In this document: piece by piece, positions 54,324 through 64,000 of the stretch
How positions within the stretch are numbered: position 1 is the first letter of the stretch
How the letters are laid out: each line of letters opens with the position of its first letter
Assembly (NCBI GenBank): GCA_965153455.1
Contig: OZ234493.1
Span: forward strand, 12,452,213-12,516,212
DNA length: 64,000 bases
Source: Sphagnum compactum
Lineage: Eukaryota
Direction: 5' to 3'
Notes under the pieces: model-generated
Seen by the model: only the letters and a program-made list of their open reading frames with translations
The model's database searches: none
What the model was told of the DNA's origin: nothing
Made by a program: the position numbers and the translations under genes

Positions 54324-55284
54324 CTTCACCGGAGGAGGAAACCCTAGCTCACAGATCAAGCTTTTCTTCTGTTGCATCTACTGCCTCGAAACACAAAAGC
54401 AGGATCAACGACCTCCTCCTGCTCGTATTCCATTGTCATAGCAAACTTGCACGGCCACCGCTAGACGGCATGTTGCCTCAGCGCGAGTTTCGGACAGTCC
54501 CTTTTCTTCCAAAACTGCACTAAAAACATCCTTGACACGACAATACGACAATGCGAGACGGGTTCCAACCTCTAGACAGCAATCTTGCAAGCTCCTCGCA
54601 AGATAAGGTGCTGCACCGTCGAGCTGCTGAAATCATTCTAAACCGCAGCATAACTGACACAATTGCTGTAAAAAATTATTACCCCTCCCCCCCCCCCTTC
54701 ACAGCGGTCTGCAGCTTCATCTTCTGGAAAACCCTCGAAAGCAGGTTACAGATACGCGGTGCGATAGGGCGGCTATTACGCCAGAACAGAACACAAAAGA
54801 AACACACAAGTCCTTCAAAAAGCATCAAGATGCCGCTGCTTCTTCTCTCTCTTGCAACAAAAACAAGAACAAGAAAGAGACACCGCAGCGAGGAGATCGA
54901 TGACGGCTTTTCATCTGTAGCTCTTGGACATATCGAAAGAAGCAAGTCGGTGAGCTGACACTTGAAACCATGCAAATGCGATCGACCTCAACCATTCCTG
55001 ACGAGCAGCAAAACAAAACCAAAACCAAAAAAACAAAAAAAATCAAGATAGCTTGATAGTCCCCGGAAATTTTTTTTAAAAAATAATTTTAAAATAATAT
55101 CCAGCAACACGAGTCAGTATTTTATTTTTTCGTGTGATGATAAGTGTAATGAAGTAGTGAGCTCAGATGGAAAAAGAATCGAAAGAGAAAGCGCACACAT
55201 CGCGCCGGCGACAGTTCACCAAACACCCGTCCCCTCGTCGTCTTCTTCCTCCTCCTCCTCGTCTTCTTCTTCCTCCTCGCCTCT

Positions 55285-55825
55285 ACAGGTTCTTATTTTA
55301 CTCAGGTTCCTCTCTTTATGATCTCAATGGACAGGATCTCCATTTGTTTCCGAATCCGACGGTAATCCTCCCCTCGTCTTTTTCTTTTTCGTCGTCTTCT
55401 TCGTCCTCGCCTCCACACGTTCTTCTGTTACTCAGGTTCCTCTCTTTATGATTTCAATGGACAGGATCTCCATCTGTTTCCGAATCCGACGGTAATCCTC
55501 CACTCGTCGTCTTATTCGTTCTCGCCTCTTCACATCCTTCTTTTACTCAGGTCCCTCTCTTTATGATTTCAACGGCCAGGATCTTCTTCATCTGTTTCCC
55601 AATCCGACGGTGTCCGGCCCTCGTCTTCTTTGTGTAATTCTTCGTCCTCTCAAGCAGTCTCTTTCTTTTACTCAAGTTTCTCTCTTTACGATTTCCATGG
55701 GCAAGATCTTCATCTGTCTTTCCGCTCTGGTGTACGTGTGTCCTTTTCTTCTACTCAAGTTCCTCTCTCTTTTTGACGGTTTCAACGGGCATGATCTTCA
55801 ACTGTTTCCCAATCCGACGGTTTCA
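55285..55825. repeat. Tandem ~85-130-bp repeat (4-5 diverging copies) upstream of the ETO1-like gene
   Basis: The unit tactcaggttcctctctttatgat(c/t)tcaa(t/c)gg.caggatct...tgtttcc(g/c)aatccgacggt recurs at ~55299, 55429, 55544, 55669 (partial) and 55753. Confidence 0.8.
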
Positions 55826-58800
55826 CTTCCGACACGCCTCATCTTTTGGTTCGGGTTCGTCATCTTTTCGCTCACCTGGCCGGTAGCCCTGGCACCCTCT
55901 GTGTGCAGTAAATTGCAAGTAAGTAGGTAGCGTGCTGTAAAGAAATTTTGGGAAAGATGGTATGATAAGTAGAAGATGGTGGTCAGTTTTCCTTCCTGCA
56001 CGTGCCCCCTCAGGCTTGACCCCATTCCAAAATAAAATTAAAAATAAATAGACAAGTTAATTGATTTTTTAATAAAAATAATTAATTACCACTTGGTAAC
56101 ATGGTTTTTTTTTTTTTCCCCCCCTTCAAATTTATATATAAAAAATTAGGCTATTTTCCCCCCATAAATTTAGAAAAAATTAGTCGAATTTACAGTAGAA
56201 AATTGAAAAAATTATCATAGCTCATAAAATTACAAAATCAAAGAAGTGGTTTGATCAAGAGTGAAACATAACTTAGAGTGTTTTTTTTGGGGGTTTACAA
56301 TTAGGGTTTAGGGTTTACCCAAGATTGTGCACATTGGAAATTGTTCTTGGTTGTTTTAGTTTTTAATGTTGGACAATTATCATTATTCTTATTTTTTTTC
56401 ACATTTTCAAAGTGAAGCTTCAATTAAAATTAATTTTTTTATTGGAATATTAAAGTACATTCAATAAATCCAAACTTCTTTTATTAGTCACAAAGTTTAA
56501 GTCTCCCTCATTTGATGAAAATTATAATTTATCCATCCGTGGGAATAAATGATTGTATTCCTTTCATTGTCTTTCAAACCTTCAAGGAAAAAGGGTTGTC
56601 ATGTGTTTTTTCTTCTTGATCGAGTACTAAAATTAAATTTTAAAATGCATACCATGTATCAAAATTAGATGCAATAAATTTATAATTAAATTTATGGTTG
56701 TTAAATATGTGTATATTATAAAAATTAATTATAATAGCACAAGAAAAAAAATCCCTCAAAAAATACCCCCCAAAAATACATTGCTTGCCATAAATAGTGT
56801 AGACTTTCAACATTTAATGTCCTTCCCCTTGGAAGTTATTTACAATTTAAAATGTGCATATCATGTTATGATTGACATGGATAAAATAATTAATATGATG
56901 AATATCATCATGCAAAAATCATGATTAAGGATACATGCATATAAATATGTTGGGGATTGTCTTTCAAATATTATTGCAATTCCCAATATCAAACGTAGTT
57001 TGAGTTGAATATAGACTTTACCATTAATTTTTGTTAAACAACTCACTTAATCAATTTCTCATTTTCACATCATTTACATGGGCTTTGTAGTTTTGTACGA
57101 GAATGCATTTTTAAAAACTATGGTTCCACATTCGATGAAAGATGAAAAATAGTTGAACCATAAGTTGAAACTTTGAACAAAATTCAAAAATGTTGTTACT
57201 ATAATCAAACTCTTGACACATAGTTAAAACCTAATGTGATGCATGGATGTTTTTCATGAACAATATTGTTTTGAAACATGAATGGGATTATCTTTTCTAA
57301 CAAGGTTTTATTATTTTAAAATGTTGCAACCATATATTCATAGGGTATTATATATTTAATCAAGTATTGATTGGCAATCTTAATTTTTTATTTTTCGACC
57401 CTTTAACTTCTGCATCATTTCACACCATGTCAAATAAGAAATTCATAATGTTATTGTTGTCTTGTATTTGATCCCAAGAATGATTATTTCCATCAAATGA
57501 AGGGATGGAAGGAAAGTTGTAGTCTTTTGCCATTTGCACTTAATATTGAAAACCCAATTTGATCTTGCATTTAATTGTGTAAATATATTACCTTGTGAAA
57601 TTATAAGTTTTCAAAACATCATGTAGGAAAAGTGTTTGGTAAGATGTAATAAATCATGTCAATGTTTTGTTTTTGTTTTTTGCTTCTAAAATTGAAGCAG
57701 GTGCTTGTTTAACAATTTACATTGTTTTTAAATACAAAATGAAAATAAACTCAAATAAAAATGAGCAAGGCATGCACTAACTTTATTTATTAAAGTTAAT
57801 GACAACATCAAGGAAAAACACATTGTGATAGAATGTTTATGATATCCCCATCTATTCACAAATAAATGGACACTTGAAATACACGTTAGATAATTTTTGA
57901 AATGTGAAAACTTTTATTATGTCCATATGTATTGAATGTAATGGTTCATCCTTAATAAATTATGATAATATAATTATTCATTTAGCCCTAATGAACTAAT
58001 AGGTGAAAAAAGAAAGTTTAGGTAAAATGTTATGCATTAAATATGAATAGGATCCAATGACTATATGATTGACCAAATGACCAAAACTTATTAGACCGTA
58101 ATTTTCATGGACATTTAGTTCATGCCCCATGATTGACCATCCTAAATGGAAAGGTAAAAGAAATAAAAGATGTGTCAAATGAAAAAACAAGTTTCATTTT
58201 CAACTTCATACCTATATCATTTTAATTAATACATAATGAAATAAGATATTATTTGATTGATTTTCATGCAATTGTCATGTTATGATGTATGATTAGGATT
58301 TGTTTAAATCTTAATTTATCATGAATTTGTTTTGGAATAATGCATGCAACATTCAATTTAGCGTATGGGGTAAGTTGAACATGGGTCAAAATTTCTTTTG
58401 GGGTTTTGGTTGGTTTTGTTTTTAACAATTCTGTTTACAACATGGAAGATTTTATTTTGGGGTCTTGGCACTTAGTGATTTTGCTTATAACAATTTTGTT
58501 TGCAACATTCCAACTTGTCAAATTGAAGGATCTACTTATTTTTTGGACCTACTACTTTTATAAGATGCATAGTACCTTTGTATGCTTAATTTTATTTTTT
58601 TGTGTGACTTTCTTCAATAAAATTTATTTTTTGTATTTCCTTTTGGTGTTGTTGTTGTGTGTTTTTTTTTTTGTTGTTTGGAAACTATGACAAAAAGTTT
58701 CAAAATTTTGACAATTTTTTTGAATTTACACCAAAAATATGAAAATTTACAATTTTTTTATAGTCGCCATTGCTTATTCCTAAACTTTTGAATAGGTTGT

Positions 58801-59437
58801 GATTTAACCTCTAATAAAAAATCATAGTAGACAACAAAACTTTCATTCAAAAAAAATAAAAATCATCACATCTGCACTACCTTAGAAAGCTATTGGAGTC
58901 ATGTTGGTTGTTTTCCAAACACAAAAAAAATAAAATCATGTAATTTATAGGGTTGTGGTGAAGATGCTCTTATGTCACAATCTTAATATTTTAGACAAGC
59001 CCATGTGAAAACATCATAATTCATTGCCATTTTGTAATCCAAAATAACATGGTGATAACAAGGGTATTCTACTATTATTTGGGGGGATAAAATCCAATTT
59101 TTACCAACCTAAGTCGAAAGAAAAGGTCCAAGAGGAGAGAGACAAAAGGGACATGGAAGATAATGGACTTCTCGTTGTATATTCATGTTCTATCCAAAAG
59201 CTTTAGAGTTCAATTTATTCTCTTTAGATATGTTTGATTTGCCATAGCCTAATCTTCTTTGATAGAAGAGAGAAAAGAAAATTGAAAAGGTTAAGAAATA
59301 TGGTGAGCTTACCCATTGTAAAGAACGCACAACACTTGGAAAAAATTTGTAGCGTATGTGGAGGGCACCTTATATCTTCTTTGAAATTGTCACACTATGG
59401 CCTTGCCATTTACATTAAAAAGGTACCTTAAGGCAAA

Positions 59438-60554
59438 AGAAGAAGAATTATGGAAACTCAAATATTTCACCATGCAAAAATATAATAATCTTCAAAAAAA
59501 AAAATCCTCTAAACGAAACCCAAATCCTTCAAGATATTAGAACTCTATAACTACTAATAATCTCAAGTTTCAACACAAGTCAAAATATCATCATGTTTCA
59601 AAAATCCTCATATAAAAATAGACCTATTATTATTAATAATAATAGTTATGACCTAGAGGCCTATAAAAATCCCTTAAGCTACTAAACACTCTATAATGGA
59701 TCTAAACACAATAATAATACCCTCCTTGCCTCCAACAAAATGTCTCCAAAATGGCTCCAACAAATTAAATAGCTGCAAAAATTTCTGACAACAAGTTTGT
59801 TGCTTAATTTGGAAAACAAAGGGTTCCATGGGGGTAGCCTCCAATGGGGTACAACACACTTGATCGATACTTTCAATGGCGGCACTCATGAACAGCCAGT
59901 GCATTAAAACCCGGAATTAAACCCCCACCCCCCCCCCCCCCCCAAAGGAAAAAACAAAGAGAGTTTACCCTAAAATCTAAAACCATTTACTCGAAACCCT
60001 AAAATTTAAACTATTGTCCCCACAAGTCATGCCCCCCCCTCCCCCCCCCCCCAAAGAAAAAAAAAAGAGAATTTACCCTAAAATCCAAAACCATTACCCT
60101 AAGGTCAATTTCCACATTCACAAAATAAATATTTATTTATTCTAAAAATTAATAATTTAATTATTATTATTATTATTTCCGCCCAAATCCCCCCTCCCCA
60201 TGATCTACTATAATAGTCATATGAATACTGAAATTATTCAGAGTGTAGCCTATGATAATAAGTATGATGATTTTCAACATGTTAACTTCATATTTTCACC
60301 AAAAGAAGAATTATGGAAACTCAAATATTTGACCATGCAAAAATATATTAATCTTCCAAAAATCCTCTAAAGGGAGGCAAAATCCTTCAAGATATTATGA
60401 ATCCATAACTAATCTCAAGTTTCAACATGAGCCAAAATATCGTCTTTCAAAAATCCTCATATAAAAATAGGCCTATTATTACCTAGGGGCCTATAAAAAT
60501 CCCTTAAGCTACTATACTCTAGAATGAATCTAAACACAATATCCTTCTTGCCTT
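59438..60554. repeat. Pair of diverged ~255-295-bp direct repeats (59438-59731 and 60300-60554) enclosing a C-run duplication
   Basis: Both copies share gaagaattatggaaactcaaatattt..., aaaatcctcatataaaaatag and gcctataaaaatcccttaagctacta. An internal duplicate cccccaaag..aaa..agag..tttaccctaaaatc.aaaaccatt is at ~59930 and ~60040. Confidence 0.8.
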
Positions 60555-61329
60555 AGTTGGGCAAGGCCAATAAAATACACACTTGAAAACATGAATAAGG
60601 GAATACACACTTCCTATTCAATTGGCTAATTATAAACAACGAGTGTAGGTAACCCGTGGCTACGCCACTCCAGCCACCCCCAAGAAAAGGAGGGAGCACC
60701 CAAAAAAAACGAAAAAAAAGAAAAGAAAAAAAAACACCTCCCTTCACTCCCCTGCCCAACAAAGGCCATGGTTTTGTTACCCAGGGACATGAGACCGTGG
60801 CCCGGTCCTTCCCCGCCCGTGCCCCCCCTCCCCCCCTTTTGCTGCGCGTTCAAAATTCTTGTACAAACTTCTTTCAGTGCATTCCCGCTGCTTCCCGACG
60901 CAAATTCCAAATGTCAAAAAAGATAATTTGAACTACGTTTTGTTCCCAAATTTCGGAAAGTTTTGAGCAGTTCTGGAAGTAGTTTGGAGCACTTTTTATG
61001 CTGGTGGACACTGCAAATGGAAAAACGCCAGCAGTGAAGATTGTTGGAGAGGTTTTAGTGCAAAAGGAAGGACGAGGTCGATGAGCTGGGCGTTGCAGAT
61101 GAAGATTGTGTATGCGGCAAGTTTAGAGCCCACAATTCTACGGATTTCTTGGTGTTCTTTTTTTTGCTGAATGCTTTTTTGGACACGACGTTCGAAGGGA
61201 AGGTTTTCGAGAAACAAATGTGAACGTGACGACGCTGATGCAGGAGGAAGAAGCAAGCTGGGAGCAGAGAATCGCACCGGGTGATTTTGTCGATGCGGGA
61301 TAGGGAGCTGCAAGGAGAGTCAGAACGAG

Positions 61330-63900
61330 ATGCAGAATAGTCAGGAGTTCCAGGAGAGGTTCAGACGTGGACAGAGAAGCTCCTGGGACCAAGACCAAGC
61401 GTCCGTCTTCCATGCAAACGAAGGGAAATGGAGTTGTTGGAGCCGAAAGCCAAGTCGCATCGTGTACGTTTGTTTCCTCTTGCTCTTTCTTTTCATTTGG
61501 CAAGCAGTTCCCACTGTTCATTCAACATAGGGCACGTGAGATCTGGAAATTCGATCGGTAGCCTGATCGACGTTACGCTTTGGACCTCGATCTGGATTTC
61601 CTCACTCTGGATTTCTTGTGTCTGAGCTCGTAATCTAGCAATTTACAATGCTTTCGTATGGATCGCAAACTGCATGTGAGCGGTTGAAGAGTATCTCTGC
61701 CCTTGAAATCAATGAGAGGAATTAGCTGAGGATTGTTTCCATTTCCAGGCCGCCTGCAGGAGACCGGACTGTGAAGAGGCTGATCAGATTGTCCAAGAAG
61801 ACTCTCACCATTCCCGATATCGCCACTGTAGCTGATGCATGCCGCCGGATGGCAACCCGCCGTGTGGATGCTGCTCTCCTCACAGATTCCAATGCTATTA
61901 TTTACGGCATTATCACGGATAAGGTACGTACTTCTTCGCGCTAGCTTTTGCGGCACTTATTGCAGTGTTCGATTTTCTGGCAATCGCTCTATTGTTCACA
62001 TCTCAAGATGCGGTGGAGAAGAAAGTCACTTTGTGTATATGCAGATCGCGAAAAGGATCCCGACCGACAGACAGACGCACAGAAGAAAGACGCCTAATCT
62101 CGTTTGCTGATGTTGTTTTACCGTAAGATGTCGCAATGCAAGTGGTTGCTGAGGGCCTGAAACCTGAAGAGACAGACCTATCGAAGGTGATGACAAGAAA
62201 CCCTGCTTTAGTGGCCGGTGACACGCTAGCTATGGAAGCTCTGGCCAAGATGGTGGAAGCTCTGGCATTTTCTTTTGCCCACATGACTTCAGCAGTGTTG
62301 TTACTTGAGTGCTGGTTTGTCTTGGGGTCTTTTGAAGAAGGTGGCAGCTAGGTGAGGATAGGAAGGTTGATGGGGCAGGCAAATTCAGGCACTTGCCAGT
62401 GGTGCGGAATGGGGAGGTGGTGCCATTGTTAGACATTACAAAGTGTCTGTATGATGCCATTGCACGCATGGAGTGTGCAGCCAACAAGGGCAGTGCTATT
62501 GCTGCTTGCTGCTGTTGTCCAGGGTGTTGAGCAGTCAGTTCAGAATGATGTGGGTAAGTGTAGACTCTACAGTAGATATGGGCCTTCTTCTTCCCATCTT
62601 CTTCTTCAGCTTCTGAGGTTTCTTTATGCAACTGATCTTTCGTCACTTTCAGATTCGGGTTTTCTCTCCCAGGCTGAAGCCATTTGTGTTTGGTTGCATT
62701 TGTTATAGAGAAATCCAACTGTATTGATACCTATTGGGAGCAAATGTTTAGACCAACTTTAGGGTCTTTAATAACAGAGGCCACAGGGTGAGTTCCTGCA
62801 TCTGGTCTTTTCTCTTCTTGAGTGACTGTCTACTGATCATAGACCCAGCTGGCACAGGTGATCAGTGCTTGATTTTCTTCTGTTAACAAAGCCAAAAATC
62901 TTTATAGAAGGTGGAGTAGTGGAGAATTGCATTGAGAGAGTGATAGTTGTGGTGGTGATGATGCAGAGCTGCAACAGTTGCACTGTCTGATACTGTCCTG
63001 ACTGCCACAAATAAGTTGAAGGAACAACGAATGAAGGGTTGGACATCACACTGTTTGATGCATTGCACACCATGTACAATGGCAAATTCCTTCGTCTTCC
63101 TATTGTGGATCAAGGTAACACAATAGATCTTCACTTTGTTACCTGTGATTGTATAATAGCGTGTGGTCTCTGACTGCCATGTTATTTGCATTGACATGTT
63201 ACAGCTCATGCATTGGGCAGTTTCAACAGTGAGTGCATTTCTGTTTGTTTAAGCTCTTTTTGCACTTGAATAGGGCATGATGATTAATGTGTGTGTACTT
63301 GAAAAAACTCAGACACATTGGGTGTGATACTGATGTTCTTCTACAGCAGCACAAAAATTTTGCCATGAGTATCTTGCAACCAGATTTCTGTGGAAAGAGT
63401 ATGAATAGAGTCTGACTGGTGGTGTTGCACTTGAAAGGTTGGATCTAGTGAAAGTGGGGAAATGGCAGGCGTTATGTTTCAGAAGTTTTGGGATTCAGCT
63501 TTGGCTTTGGAAGCACCTGAAACTGACGATGATTCTCACTGGTTGCTATATCTTCTGTCTGATGCTACCTTCTGGCATTCCTAGTGGGATATGATTGCAT
63601 TCAATTTACATTGCAGTTGTGTCAGATGCAGCTCCGTGGCTGTTGGTTATATCCTTCACTGTGTGGTGAAAGGGATATTGTTCCCTAGAAATGAGCCTGC
63701 ACCCCATAGGTTAGGTTCTTACATGGTAGTTCTCAATACAGAGTCCTACTTGAGAGGATTGCATATTTGAGTGCAGTGACATATCATTATCACATGTATC
63801 TGAGATAGGAGGGCAGCAGCATCATTCTTCAGGACAGGCTAACACTCATCTCTTCAAGCTGAAGCTGAAGAGTCATGTACCATCATGACTATACATATCC
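61330..63900 (+). pseudogene. CBS-CBS-PB1 domain protein (CBSCBSPB family) pseudogene with introns, probably continuing past the window end
   Basis: Exon remnants are PPAGDRTVKRL..LTIPD..DACRRMATRRVDAALLTDSN..GIITDK (61749-61923), DVAMQVVAEGLKPEETDLSKVMTRNP, GKFRHLPVV..LDITKCLYDAIARME, MFRPTLGSLI, DALHTMYNGKFLRLPIVD and MFQKFWDSALAL. Lesions are an acceptor reading TAA instead of TAG (62124-62126), a lost donor at ~62260 and a +1 frameshift at ~62507. Confidence 0.8.
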
Positions 63901-64000
63901 TTGTGTTCTCTGTAGTGGGTAGTGGTTTTGGTAAAGCCATGTTTGGATAGTTGATAAGGACAGGTGCAATATGAAACTGTGCAGGCACATGGAGCATGAA

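Overview
This window is eukaryotic, intron-rich land-plant nuclear DNA. It is most likely a bryophyte such as Sphagnum, inferred from gene style, (CCCTAAA)n motifs and AT-rich dispersed repeats. Five intact spliced genes could be reconstructed by hand with consistent exon phases: VPS2 (ESCRT-III), a CIP7/COP1-interacting-protein-like gene, a TruA-type tRNA pseudouridine synthase, SNRNP27 and an ETO1/EOL BTB-TPR gene. Two genes appear to be decaying: a double-B3 REM-like transcription factor and a CBS-CBS-PB1 gene. The AT-rich intergenic blocks hold a degenerate RLE-type (CRE-like) non-LTR retrotransposon, Helitron-like ends, a foldback palindrome and several tandem or dispersed repeats. The most unusual items are a 62-bp minisatellite with a 10-bp hairpin in each full unit, a mitochondrial 26S rRNA fragment just behind the truA stop, an SNRNP27 start codon split by an intron, and a GC-AG intron plus a copied exon fragment in ETO1. 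I found no convincing new multi-gene system. All family assignments come from recalled motifs, not database searches.
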